Of a stretch of 64,000 nt of DNA, positions 45,741 through 60,450 are shown piece by piece. The stretch is from the human T2T-CHM13v2.0 reference genome, Homo sapiens, in the NCBI RefSeq assembly GCF_009914755.1, contig NC_060933.1, one strand, 5' to 3'. The notes below the pieces were generated by a model. That model was not told the origin of the DNA. It saw only the letters and a list, made by a program, of their open reading frames with translations, and ran no database searches. Every line of letters starts with the position of its first letter. Position 1 is the first letter of the stretch. Made by a program: the position numbers and the translations under genes.

Positions 45741-46467
45741 AACGCTGGTATGACAGATATTTCTGCCTTATTCCAGTTGATATGTTTGGAATACTCCACC
45801 ATCAGCATACTTACTACCTTCCCCCAAATGCTTGACTGATTCCGGAGCCTCAGATTCTAGTTCTGGCCTTGCTAGTCACCAGCTTTGTGATATTGCTGAG
45901 TACCGTACCTTTAAGGGCCATGCTTTTCTCATCTTTAACTTAGGGCGTAAGTGAACGCCCAGATCTCTTTTAGCTCTTTTGGTTAAAATGACCATTTCAG
46001 TTTGGTTTGTTGCTGTGATCCAGTGAACAGAAATTGAATTTTTTTTTTTCAGTCTTAGAAAGTCTCTTTTAGCACTTATTTTCAGAATTTTTAAAATCCA
46101 AAGTTACCCAATGTGCCTAGGAGTAGAAATGTATATTTATATACTATTAATACTTTATTTTTTATAAGGTACTTTCTCATCCTTTTTTTTCATGTAAACC
46201 CCAATAATAAAGCATTCCCCCCGTCCTGTGGATGAACACAGTGAGACGCAGATGTTAGATGACAAAGTTCTTCACTTAATTAGTAGGTGGTTTACAATTC
46301 ACTGATTCTCTTATGGCCAGCGTTCAGGCTAAAGTAATGTTGACACAGAAGTAGAGCAATTTTCATAAAACATGTAATATAAAAGTATATATAACATAAA
46401 ATATATCAGTATGTCTTTAAAGTGATTAGTTTTTGTACTTTTCCTTTGGCATATATTAGAAAACTTA

Positions 46468-46760
<293 letters not shown>

Positions 46761-47179
46761 TTGTGTGACTTCTGAAATTGTATGAATTATAAAGTGATCC
46801 AATAATTTTCTTCCAAAGATGTGCAAAGGGACTATGTAGCAGTTTATTACCTGTTGTGTAATTAGCTCCGGGGGTTACTCTTCTAGAATCTAAGGTAGGT
46901 GTCAGTTTCTCTAGCTTGAGGTAAAGCGTGTCTGTAAACTGTGGCTTACAGTGAGCTTGACATCTCAAGTCCTCAGGACTTTCTTGCTTTGTCCCATCAA
47001 GGACCCTTTCCTTAGGGAAGATAAATTCATTGTAAATAAATGACTTAATCATAAGTAGAAGAAGGGAGAAATGTTTAATCTTGGCCTTTTGGAGTTTATA
47101 AATCAAAGACACAGTAGAGATCAAGTTCCTTCATTAAAGTGTAGTTCCAAAAAGGAAGAATGTGGTTTTGGTTTTAAAA

Positions 47180-47455
47180 AATTTTTTTATTTTTAATTTT
47201 TAAGAGTACATAGTAGGTGTATGTATTTATGGGGTAAATGAACTATTTTGATACCGGCATATAGCATATAATAATCACATTCGGGTAAATGGACTACCCA
47301 TCAACTCAAGCATTTCCCTTTTTTTGTGTGGGTTAGAAACTTTCTAGTTATACTCTTTTAGTTACTTTTAAATGTACAATAAATTATTGTTGACTGTAGT
47401 CACTCTGTTATGCTATCAAACACTATACCTTATTCATTCTGACTATATTTTTGTT
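47180..47455 (-). mobile_element. L1M (L1MA-like) 3' end
   Basis: tacatagtaggtgtat..tttatgggg..catcaactcaagcatt..ttgactgtagtcac; flanked by degenerate TSD gaagaat(g/a)tg. Confidence 0.8.
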
Positions 47456-48204
47456 TACAGAAGAATATGTTTTGTTCACTGCTGGTACCACTAGCACCTA
47501 AAACAATGCCTGGAATATAGTAGAAGAAATGAATGAATGAATGATGGAACAGCTAAAGGAGTGGTTTAATTTTTTCATTTTATTGCATTTCATGTAGCAT
47601 CACATATTCTGAGTATCAGCCACCTTTATATAAGCTGTCTTCGTTTCTGAGTGCTTAGGGAGGGCCTGGCTTTATGCTGAGCAAAAAAGGCCTAGATAGG
47701 CAATCAGAGAGTGGGAGTTCTTATCTCAGTCTGCTACAGGTCCTTGAGCTGCTGATTGGCATTTTTAAAATTTAGAATTGGATTCATACTTTGCCAGATG
47801 ATTTATTTCTAAGATATCTTTCAACTCTTAACATCATATGATGTTTAAATGACCAGCTTAAAAATAAAATTCATCCCTACTTCCATTGCTCGGTACTATA
47901 GGCATGCCATTTTAGTAAGTTAAGTTTTAAGATAATTTTTATAAGAGGAAATACAGCCAGGTTTTTTTTTGTTTTTGTGTTTGTATTTTTGTAGAATCTC
48001 ACTTTGAGCAATGTTAGGCTATTGTGTGGACAGCTAAAACAATCCTAATATTGCCAGTGTTTCACAACCTAGAACCATCTGCTGTGTTGCTTTTTTTGCA
48101 GTTGTAGCTGCATCTTCCTGGTCCTTCTATAGGCTAAGAGCACATCAGTAAGTACATATAGTTAACAGATTTTTCATATGTATATCTTGGGCAAGTGTTA
48201 GTGA

Positions 48205-48440
48205 TAATAAGAGCAGTTAAAATTTATCGAGTGCCCACTGGATACCAGGTAAAGCACTAAATGCTTCAGATGTATTAATTTGTTTAATTTGTAATCTTTT
48301 GAGGAAGGGATCTGATTATCCTTATTGTGTATGAGGAAACTAAGGTAAAGAGAAGCTGAGAAATTTGCCCAGGGTTATATATAGCTGGTAGGTTACAGAG
48401 TAGGGGTGTCAAGGCCAGGCATTCTGGCTTGAGAACCTAC
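48205..48440 (-). mobile_element. MIR remnant
   Basis: atgaggaaactaagg..agagaagctgagaaatttgcccagggt..atagctggta. Confidence 0.65.
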
Positions 48441-48478
48441 ATTCTGGTTTTGAACCACTGGCAATAAATGTCTCATAA

Positions 48479-48826
<348 letters not shown>

Positions 48827-49314
48827 TATCCTTGTTTTCTAAATGAAAAAACAAATCGTCTGCTTCTGTGTTCTGTACACAGTGAGCTTAAATGTTAAAA
48901 ATAATAGCTGGTATCATTTGGGTATTTTGTTTTGCAAATTAACACACTAGATTAGTGGACTCATTCATTGGTTCATCTTTTATCACAGATTCTACTGTTT
49001 GTCCGTGGCTGGATAACCACAGGCCTCTAGATATTTTTGTACCTCTGACTGTGAGATTTCTAAAACAGGCATGGCACCTTCTTTTATAACCACGTGTCAC
49101 ATGGGAATGTTCAGGGAACTGTAAACTTTTGAGTGCCTGCCTGGGGTGGAGGAGAGATGGAGGTTCTTGGCTGGGTTTGAAAGGTTCTATATAGTTCTGG
49201 AATTTATATGCATAATTGTGTACCTTTTTTGTGGGGGCAGAATCCATAGCCCTTACTGGTTCAATGAGGAAACTGGAACCCAAACAAAAGAATTAGGGAG
49301 GTACTGTGCTAGAG

Positions 49315-49521
49315 CAGTGGTTGCAAACTGGAGCAGTTCCTTTCCTCAGAGGATGTCTGGCAATGTGATGATATTTGGGGTTGTCACAACTTGGAGTTGC
49401 TACTGGCATGTAGTGGGTAGAGTCTGGGATGCTGCTGAACATCTGCATGTACAGGACAGCCCTCTACAACAAAGACTTAGCTGGCCTAGAATTTCAGTAG
49501 TGCCAACACTCAGAAACTCTG
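49315..49521. mobile_element. MER20 hAT MITE
   Basis: cagtggtt..tggcaatgt..ggttgtcacaact..tgctactggcat.tagtgggtagag..gggatgctgctgaacat..caggacagccc. Confidence 0.85.
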
Positions 49522-50766
49522 CTCCAGAGAGAAGAAAATACTATTAAATTCTGTTGCCTTTTTATGGCCCGGAGAGTTATAGGTTTGGGGCATAATGACC
49601 TCTTTGAGTAGAGAAAGGCCAAGTATGAGCATTGTCTGGCTTCTCTAGTTAAGTCAATTTGAGAGAATCCTTTAAACGTACTTAACCTTTTCAGGTTTTT
49701 TCCTCCCTTTCCCATGATGATAAGCAGAGTGGGGTTGGTGGTAGTTAAGTTCTGAATAGAGATATTACATGATCCTTTGTAATCTTCCTTTTCCTAAAGA
49801 AGGGACCGTGATAAACCTTCTCGGTGGGAGGGACTTTTCACACTTAAGTTCAGCTTCTCACTGGAAATCAGCTTGATTTCCACTGAAAACATCCAGATCT
49901 TTGTGGTGCTACTACTGCGCAAGGCAGAAGACATTTTCAGTGGAGGTATTGGATTGGCAGAAATTTCTTTATGTGAGACCCATTAGTCCTGTCCCCCATC
50001 GAAGTCACTAGAATTAGTCTTACTCCTTGTCTAGGTTTTTCAGAAGTGTTGCCCTTTATTAGCCTTCCTTTGTCCATGCTGGGCATTCTCAGTCATTTTA
50101 ACCATTCTCCTGAGACACCAGTCTGGTTGGTACCAAGATGTATATGATAGACCGGGCTGCCTGAGAATTCAACGTGACGTTTCTGGCCTGATTCTACCCA
50201 ACTGAGGCATTAGGGCAGATCTTATTGCAAAGTAGCCCTTCTGCTCTTTCTCTTTAGGGCAAAGTACATTATATTTGTCTTTGTCATGTCCTGATCACAC
50301 TGTAATACACAAAATGGAACCTTGAGTTTTGTAAGTAACCTGAGTCCACAATATGGGTTCGTTTTTATTTTTGAATGTGTGGGCGCTGATCAGTGAACCT
50401 GTTTTACTTGGACTTCTTTTCCCCCAACAAATTTCACTATGCTGCGCTATGAATGTGGGTGGCTGTTTTAAAGGCTTTTGATTTTGCGGGGGACAGAGAA
50501 CTGTTTGGAAATGTGGTTTTACCTCTGGCTAGCTTGGTTAACCCCCCCAAAATATAGTCAACCTAAAGTGGCTAGTGAAAAAACAATAGCAGTTCTGTAG
50601 CTGCTTGTTTGCTTGAACATTTTTTGGGTGAGCTAGGGGAAGACAAAACACTTGTTTGGGCTTCTTAATGAAGAAATTGTGTCCCCAAAATTCCAATGTG
50701 TGCTTCTTAAGCTTCCACTCTTCTCTAGGTTCTGGGCATGGGGAGGTAAACTTTGGCACCCCTACT

Positions 50767-50871
50767 TGCTTGTAAGTTTTCTCTTTACATTTCAGAGGTG
50801 TCAGATTTAGGAGAGGCTGCTTGTAAGTTTTCTCCTTATATTTCAGAGGTGTCAGATTTAGGAGAGGCTGC
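50767..50871 (+). repeat. 51-bp tandem duplication
   Basis: Units 50767-50817 and 50818-50868, 2 mismatches, TGC microhomology at the ends. Confidence 0.95.
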
Positions 50872-52469
50872 GGCAGGCAAAGTACATTATGTACAAAAAC
50901 CTTCCTTTTGTAATATGGGAGCTCATTTCCAAAGGCTCCATATGGCTAGCCTAGGAGGCTCATAGTAAAGACCTGCTTTAGTTGTAAGCAGAGCTGATAG
51001 GAGGGTTTTTTTATAATCTAAGCAATAATTTTTAGGTTATTTTGCATCAGTTTAGGATGCACACTTGTGAGGTGGTATTTATGCCTTCTTCCCAGATTAG
51101 ATTTACAAATCCCACTTTCTTAAGATACTTGATTTTACATTTTGAATCATGCTTTTTTGCCACTTTCTTTCTGTTTGAGGCTCACCGTGCAAATTAACTT
51201 TCTAAACTGAAATATTTAGCTTCTCAAATGGAAATACCTGGAACTGGATTTATTATAAAGGTTAAGAAGATTATAACCTAAATACTTAAACATGAAAAAA
51301 GTAACTTAATCTTCATGAGATTGTTTTATTCTTTCATTGGGAGGGTTACTTGGTTAAGAGCCAGTAGTCCTGGTCACCTCAGAGGGAATGCAAAGGCTCT
51401 TATTCTTTCATCCAGCTAATGTTAATTAACCTCATACTATGTGCAGGTTGCTTTGAGGGCTAGCAGTTAGGAAAGGTAGGAGGCTTGCCTCCATGGAGAA
51501 TCTAGTCTTTTTACTTCATTTGGACCACTGTAAAAAATATAAAGCAGTGCAGTGGATACACAGTTGTGACATAGGTGGAAGAGAAGGGGGTCTTTCTGGC
51601 TCCTTGAGTGATTAAGGATGCTGTTACGGAGGAGGTGGGCACAGTTTAGTGAGACCTCAGAGGATGGGGAGCACTTAGGCAGGTTGAAAGGAAAGGGTAG
51701 GATTCCAAGTGGAAGCCACAGAGACTGGAAACTGCTGTGCATATTCAGGCTGTGTTTAGTGTTTCCAGCTTTATTGAGTGGTAGAGGAGAGAATAATTGG
51801 GAATATAGGTTTGGGATGCATTATAGAAGGCCTTGAATGCTGGTGGTAGTGCTTGGGCTATAAAAAGAAAGCAAAGGGGAGATTAATCAGTAGTTGGTCA
51901 AGGGACCATATCTGTTTTGCTAATTTGTTCAGCAGCTAGCATGAGGCCTGAGAACAAATGTCAGTGAATGTTGTTGAAACGATTTGAGTGGAGAGGGGCG
52001 TGACTGGAGAGGGACAGGGTGGAGGAAGTGAAGTCTGAACTAGGGAAGTAGAACTGGAAAGGAGGAATCCCTATGACTTGACATTTCATTGGGTGAGGAG
52101 TATGGAAATGCATAGGAGGAAAGGCCCTAAGACATTGATGTCTGCAGAGGGACAGAGTCATGGTACCATTCATTGATAGAAAAAGATACTTTAGAAGGGG
52201 AGAACTTGGTGTTGATAATGCTGCCAGGTGTGGTACCTAGGAAGGAGGGAGTGAAAGAAGGAAGAGGAGGAGGGAATGAATGAGTTTGTTGCTTCTTTTG
52301 CTTTCGTTCATCACCTTACTTTCATCTCTCCTGCCAAATTTATAATCCTTCCAAGAACCTCAAGGATTCTTTCCACATCTTCTGTATACCACAGTGGACT
52401 TTGCCAGGCAGCCTTTTGTGGGCATGTGTTTTAGGAACTATTTGACGTTTGTAGGAGTGTGGAAGAGAG

Positions 52470-52570
52470 TTTCTTCTTCTTCTTCTTCTTTCTTCTTTCT
52501 TCTTTCTTCTTCTTTCTTCTTTCTTCTTTCTTCTTCTTCTTCTTCTTCCTCTTCCTCTTCCTCTTCTTCT

Positions 52571-52605
<35 letters not shown>

Positions 52606-52670
52606 TTCTTCTTCCTTCTGCTTCTTCTTCTTTCTTCTTTCTTCTTCTTCTTCTTTTTTTTTTTTTTTTT
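52470..52670. repeat. Imperfect (TTC)n/(GAA)n polypyrimidine tract, ~200 bp
   Basis: Read directly; only one purine (52620); contiguous with the Alu poly(T). Confidence 0.95.
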
Positions 52671-52960
52671 GGAGGCAGGGTCTCACTCTGATGCCCAGGC
52701 TGGAGTGCAGTGGCGTGATCATGGCTCACTGCAGCCTCAGCCTCCTGGGCTCGAGTGATCCTCCCACCTCAGCCTCCTGAATAGCTGGGACTAAAGGTGC
52801 TTATCACCACACCCGGCAATTTTTGTATTTTTTGGTACAGACTGTGTTTCGCCTTGTTGCCCAGGCTAATCTCAAACTTCTGAGCTCAAGCCACACGCCC
52901 ACCTCATCCTTCCAAAGTGCAAAGTGCTGGGATCACAGGGGTGAGCCACTGTGCCCAGCC
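52671..52960 (-). mobile_element. Alu (AluJ)
   Basis: gatcatggctcactgcagcctc..tcctgggctc..gatcctccc AluJ pattern. Confidence 0.93.
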
Positions 52961-54439
52961 AGAGATAGTTTCTGTCATTTTGCTCGGTTACTGCCATTAC
53001 CTTTATATAGACATAGTGGAATTTGTAAATTCAATTGATTTTTAACTTTTTCGTCTGTAAAGGATTTTTAACATTAGAAGTAGGTACAGAATACTCAAAA
53101 TTATTCTTCTATCATTGAAACTCTTTGTTGCAGTCATTCTTTTCTTCCATTTTTTATTTCTTGTATGACTTGGCCAACAACTCTGGATATCAGTGATTGT
53201 GTATCCTTTTTAAGTTGAGAAATTTCATGTAGACATAAGGCTGAGTCAATAATTGTCTTGGGCAACTACTGTGTTTCAAAAGAAATAATTATTCCCATTG
53301 TTCATTATGTCCCTGATGAGCTAAACACTGAAATTACAATAGATGCTTTAGTCAATGTGAATTATTTGTGTGTGGTTAATTTTCTTCTTTTTTTCTCCCT
53401 AATGTGAGGCATATTCTGTATTTTCAACCTTTACCCCTTTTAGACACTTGTCTTAAGCTGCCTTGGTTGAATGAGAACAGCAGTGATAGTAAGGAAAGTT
53501 AAGATGAAATTAAAAAGGCCATAGAGTACATTTTTGGTAAACCAAAATATTGCTTGGTGGCATAAAGCCACAGATCCATTCCAAAAAAAAACGAAAACCG
53601 AAATGTGGTTTTGCTGTCTGTCATGCAGTCTGTTTCAACTGTCAGAAACATACGTTGCTTTATGGGATGTTTTTTTCAAGTCTGACCGCAGCTTTTAATT
53701 TCCTTCATTCCACCCACACCTCCTACCACACACCCATGTATCTAGTACTAATTTATAGGCAATTTGAATCTAATGACATAATCATCAGCAAGCAAAAGGG
53801 TCAGCACTTGTGGCAAAAGTTTCTTTCTTGGTGTGCTAATTATCAGTTCTACACTCTTGGAAACTCTAAACAGTCAGAACACAGTGATTGTCCTTGTTCA
53901 TGGACTTTTCAGTCTAAGTTAGATTGAGGCCTTTAAAAGATGGGTTTGAAGTGCTTTGTATTTTTGCTAAAAACATAATATTAAAGAAAATTAAACAATA
54001 TTCAGTGAATTTTAGAAAGCAAAAGAAAGAAACTCACTCATGTTCCTACAGTTGTGCCTTAACTGCTGACCAGGCAGAGGCATCCCTGTGTCTCCATCAT
54101 ATATGCTGTGTCTGATGGAGATCATGTCACCCAAATGAAAAAATACTTTTCTAGTCTAGGTTCAAAGGGTGATACATAAAATACATACCACAAAAAATTA
54201 ATGATACAATGAAACCTCAGATCTTTAAAATTATTATTGACTTATTGGTAACTTTACAGTTTCTTCAACTCCTTATAGGCAATACGATCCTAAATATTTT
54301 TAAAAATCTAGTCCTAATTCAGCCAGTAACTTCCTGTGACATTGGTAAATTATTTAACTTTTCTGAGTCTCAGTTCCTCATCCATAAAACAAGGGTCTAG
54401 GACTGGATTTTTACTTTTTATAACATGTTGGTTCCCAGG

Positions 54440-54683
54440 CCCCTGATCTGGGCCTTAGGCATCAGTATTTTTCTAAAAGCTACAGAGGTGATTTTGATGT
54501 ACAGCAAGGTTGAGGACCAGCGAACTAGAGCAGTGCTGCTCAAAATTCAATGTGCATACAAATCACTGAAATCAGATTCTGTTTCTGTAGGTCTGGGTTG
54601 GTGCATGATACTCTCCATTTCTAACAAAAAGATCAGGTGATACTGATACTGCTGGTCCACTGACCACATTTTGAGTAGCAAGG
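54440..54683. mobile_element. Adjacent MER5-family elements
   Basis: ggcatcagtattttt..aaagct..aggtgattttgatg, followed by cagattctg..gtaggtctggg..catttctaacaa..caggtgatactgatactgctggtcc. Confidence 0.7.
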
Positions 54684-56194
54684 AGCCAAAACATCTCCAA
54701 AATGTCTTCCATTTCTACATTGTATCTCCATGGTATAGTTTATATAGTTCATGAAGTCTGTGTGCTGCTTGAATGAGATCTCACATTTAGTATGTTAAGA
54801 TTGATAGTGTATTATCTTATTATCTGCACAACCTCTCTTTGCTTAAGCTCCATCCAGACTCATGCATCTTTATTTTTGTTTTTGTTTTGTATTTTTTTTT
54901 TTGGGAGATTCATGCATCTTTGAAACAATTCCTCATATTGAAGTCATTTTAATAGTACCTTGCTTTAGACAGCCTGACAGCTCTAGCTGGTGGCTGGTGG
55001 GTTGTTATATTTGCTGTAGAGAAGAGGGTTTTCATTTCTTTCTTCTTCGTTCACTCCACTCCGACAGATACTTAGGCTTTTGTATTGTCACCTTTCCTCT
55101 CTTCAACAGGTACCCTCCCCATATTGACCTCTTGTATTTTGGGGTAAATGGGCAAAAAGAATCATGAAGTGCATTTTGTTTTAATTTTGTTCTCATGCAT
55201 GTACATTCTCTGCAGAAAATTTATTAAGCGTAAGTTTAAGGGAGCAAAACTCCAACTTAAAGCTCAAACATACTTAAGCTGTAACATTTTTTAACTCTGT
55301 ACTTTAACCATATCACTTGGCAATTGTTTTTAGAAATAAGAAAATACTATTTATAGTTTGTGGTTCTTTATTTTTGTTTGCTGCAGCTCAATCTCACATT
55401 GGCAGGCATCATGACCCAGTAGAAAGACCCCTGAATGGTAGTGTCTGGAGAGCTGATATTCTAAGCCTTCACCCACCCTTAAGTAGTTTTTGCAACTGTA
55501 GACACTTGGGTTCTGTAAGTAAACCAGGGAAGAGATTAAGGAATGCTCCATTTCTTAGGGCTGTGTTGGAGAATTTGGTTACCTTGGAAGAACATACCTA
55601 TCACCTAAAGTCTAAGGCAATAAGAAATTATAGTTTGCGATTGGGGAATGTTGCTTCGGAGCAGTGACACTCAGAGAGTGGTCCATGGACTGGTGCAGGT
55701 CTGTGAACTATTTCTTAAAGATGGGTGAATGAGATAAGGTACTTGTTACTTGTGCAAAAATTAACTCACTGTTTTCTTCATAGAGAATGTCTTTATTTTT
55801 AAAAAACAAAACAAAAAACTCCATTGAACTAAACGTAGTTAACCGTTATCTTTTTGCTGATCGGTAACAATGTGGGAACTAGCTACTTTCTGCTTTAGAA
55901 TACTTAATCGGTCAAAAGTTGTATCAGGTTATTTTATAATTTAAGAATAGACCAAAGTAGAAGTTCATAAAATGTAGCCTAAAAAATAAAAAAGTAAATT
56001 TAAAGGCAAGTTAGGTTAAAGATAAGAATCAAATTCAAGGTGGTCTGGACGTATGTAGCATAGTTAAGTCCAAGGCAGTTAACACAGGTTCACAAGTAGT
56101 AGCTTCTTACAGAAGCTGTAAGAAGCACTGCAGTTTGTGCTTTGGTTAATGCAAAACTTGTTTAAATTCTTCTGAGTGCTTCTAAATTATCTGA

Positions 56195-56523
<329 letters not shown>

Positions 56524-58328
56524 GTTTAGTATCTACTTAATCGAAGAGAACATACCTCTGTAAGTCACAAAGAATTTTTATTCTGTAGTCTTAAATTTCA
56601 GGACCATGTTATTGTCTGAGAAGCTTTAAAATTAAGCCTGCCTCGCCTCCTCCTGCCTGATGATATTCTTTATACTTTACTACTATATATAAAATTCACT
56701 GCATCTAGGGCAAGTATCTGTTCACCAAGAAAAGAGGAAGGGAGATCCTTCACCAGTAGCAAAACATAAATACTGAGAATGTCTTTTCTGGGTAAAAGTG
56801 CAAGAAAAGTAGAAAAACAGCAAATTTTCTGGGGCTAGGCCTGTGAGCTCACTCCTTCCAATCAGTGAGGAGGCACTTGTCTTCTGCCACTGTACCAGTG
56901 AGTCTGGCATCCCCATCCCACTTTAGATCTGTTCCCTAGCCACCTCATGGTCCTTGCAGCCCTTCCCCTGTGTAGTATAAATTAGTAAGGGATGCTTTCT
57001 TAATTGAGAGACAGAAAGAGCCCTAAGCTTGAATCGATACCTAACAATACAGCCACTCAATTTGTAGCACTATCTAATCTCAGTTCTGTCTTAAAACAGA
57101 ACTACTTACCTTAAGGGATTTTATTCGTAAGCCTACCCTCATAAATATTTCTGTCAGCCAGATATGGGGCAGCCATTCTTCCCATTTCATGATTATAGAA
57201 ATGGAGTCCAGAATCATTTTGGAGTTTGCTTATTAAAGTCATGGTTTAGCTAGTCTAGAAATTAGAGTCACACTAGGATTTGGGACTGCACAGCTGTATA
57301 GTTCGTAATATTTGGTGTTCTTTTCAGAATGTTTTGTCACTTGATTCTGAATTCTTCCCATGCCTTTCCATAATTGTCCCCTAACCAAATCTTGACACGA
57401 GCCTGTGATTTCCCTATTTTAATGAATGGTAGGAAGCACCATATCATCCAGGTTTTACACACTGGAATCATTGATTCCGTACTCCCCTGGTTGTCTAATC
57501 TAGTGAAGCCACATAGTCTGCTAGTTCTCCATGTGCAGCCTGCCTCCTTTCCTTGCTCTCACCACGGTCACCATCACTGACCATCAGACCTTGTTGTCAT
57601 ACTAGAGGCTATGGTGGTCTCCAGGCTTTTTGTCTGCAGCCTTTGCCTTCTCTGTTCTCTTATCTGGGCTTGCTGGACCTCCCGGTCTACTTTTATATCT
57701 ACCTTTTGGTGTTGGGTCATTTTTTAGGGTCCCTTCTCTGACCTTGGAAAATCCTACCAGTATTTCCAATATGGCTCTGTCCTCTTCTCTGCTTACTTTG
57801 CCCTTTTATTTAGGTAATTTTATTCACTCTGAGTAGATGAATCTCAGGGTTTTTTTTCTACTAGCCCAGACCCTTCCTCTGAGACCATTGTATGTCCTCA
57901 TTTGCCTTGAATGTCTCATAGATACTTAAACTCAACAGGTCCCAAAATGACATAGTCCCCCCACAAGCCTGCTTAGTGATTCCTATCTGAGGAAATGCCA
58001 CCACCATCCACCCAATTTCTCAAGCCAGAAACCCATAGAGGCAGCTGATTATTGTCCTTCCCTCTTATTCATTAGCCACACCCAGTCAAACATGAGGTCT
58101 TCTGGTATCAACTCCCAGTTACTCTTGCATTTGTTTACTTTTCTCCAGCTATATGATCATGGTAAATTAACCACTGTATGATTCTTTGGCTTTATCTGTA
58201 AAATGGGGACGAGAGTAATCCTCTTAAAATTGTTCTGAACATTAAGTGAAATATCTGGCACAGAGCAAGCGTTCCATGAATGTTAGGATGGTGAACACCC
58301 TTGGCCACCATATTTAAAAGGACTCACT

Positions 58329-58656
<328 letters not shown>

Positions 58657-59694
58657 TCACTACGAGTAATGCAATAGCCTCCTAACTGGTATGTCCTGGA
58701 TAGTGATAATTCTGGTCCACTAGGTTCTTTTGGATCTACTTCTCCACCTTCACCTTGTGCTGATACTACCCTTTCACTTTTTTATTTGAACGTCAGTGTC
58801 CCATGCTGGTATGGCAGGCTTTGCTGGGAATGGTCTTACCCTTTTCTCTGCCCCTTTCTCCTTTGTGTGTCAGACTCATTTTACCCTCAGTTACTCAGGG
58901 AAATAGTCCTCTAAAAAGCATTTAAAAATACCCTGCATTCTGTATTTGTTTCAATGTCTGTCTCATTTGCTAGATTATGGACTCTGTAAGTCCTATCTTG
59001 TTCCTGTACTGTTTTTTTCAGACTATAATGCAGTATATGGCAGAGTAGCAGACAATAATCGAAAGTTATGAAATTAATATGGCTCACATTACTCTCTCCC
59101 CAAAGCCAGAAGGGTTTTCTTCCCCTCCTCACTCTTAGATTTCCAGGGCTCCTCTGTGTAGTAGCTAGGGCACTTAACACATGGCGTTTGTTATTGTGTT
59201 TATTTATATTTGATCTTCCCCCCCCAGATTATAAACACCTCGAGTTCAGATCAGTTTTGCATTCAGAACTGCTGTTTCTACCAGAGCTTCTAGTTTAGAG
59301 TAGGAGCCAGTAACTGAAAACATCTTGTTGAATTTCCTAAGTCTGAGGTGCTTTGGAAATTCATTTTGTTCCTATTCTGAAATTATCTTTCATCCTCCAT
59401 CTTTCCTCTTGTGGTATGTTTTGTGGTTATAAATCTCTTCTTTCCGTCCACAACATTAAATATAATCAGTGCCAAGAGGAGGATGGAGGACAGAAATGCA
59501 CTGTGGTGTCTTGACCTGTCTGGTACTTATCATAACTTTCCTAGGAATTGACCTTGATGGGCCCTTACTGCCTTCTAAATAAAGTTCAAACCCCTTAGTG
59601 TGGCATTCAAGACCTTCCATAGTCTGACCCCAGTGAACCTCTTCTGTCCTTATTTTCCACTCTATTTTTTATTGCATGCATCCTGTGCTCTAGC

Positions 59695-59870
59695 TTAATG
59701 GTTTTCAATCCTGCCTGCACATTAGATTCACCTGGGGAGCTTTAAAAACTGAAGCCAGGGTCCTGTCTTTGGAGATTGTGAGTTAATTCGTCTGGAGTGA
59801 GGCCTGGGTGTGGGTGTTTGTGAAAGGTCCACTAGTAATGCTGATGTAAGGCCAGGGCTAGAAACTACTG
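59695..59870. mobile_element. MER5-family MITE
   Basis: tgcacattagattcacctggggagctttaaaaa..gtctggagtgaggcctggg..gaaactactg. Confidence 0.7.
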
Positions 59871-60229
59871 ACAAGCTCAGTGTTTCCCACGGAATATCAT
59901 CTCCTCTCCGAATTTTGACGAGAAAGGGTCCCAAAGTCAAAGAAGCTTGAGTAGTAATTGCTTTTAATGTGCTCCTTTCCAAAGATGTACAACGAACACT
60001 ATCAAATGAAAGGCTCTAAGATACCCAACAGTAAAGAAAACTGTTTAACTTTCTTCATAGTGTGTGAGGTCGTCTGATAAGAGACACTTTTATGTATATA
60101 ATACTTGTTAATAACATCTGCAACATGTGGTATAGAAAATGTTTTTAGCCACTTCTCAACTTTTGAGTCACTTCTTTTTTTGTCCTTCCCTGATCATGTC
60201 ATCCAAATCAGACCCACCTCCTGCCCCAG

Positions 60230-60450
60230 GGCTCTCTCTTACACCCCCAATTTTGTCTTCATAGCACTTCTCAGTATCTGAAATTCCTCTTTATATACTT
60301 GTATGTTTGCTTCTGTCTCCCTCCACCTATGATGTGAGCTCCATGACCGCAGGGATTTACTTGTCTTGTTCACCCCTCTGTCTTCATTCAGCATCTACAA
60401 TAGTCCTGACAAATAGTAAGTAGATATTTAATAAGTATTTGTTGAATGGG
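60230..60450 (+). mobile_element. L2 3' end remnant
   Basis: ctgtctccc..atgtgagctccatga..cagggattt..tgtcttgttcac..aagtatttgttgaatg. Confidence 0.65.

Noticed and set aside
52340-52780. Poly-Ser/Phe/Glu/Arg ORFs
   Set aside because: Translations of the (TTC)n tract and the adjacent Alu.
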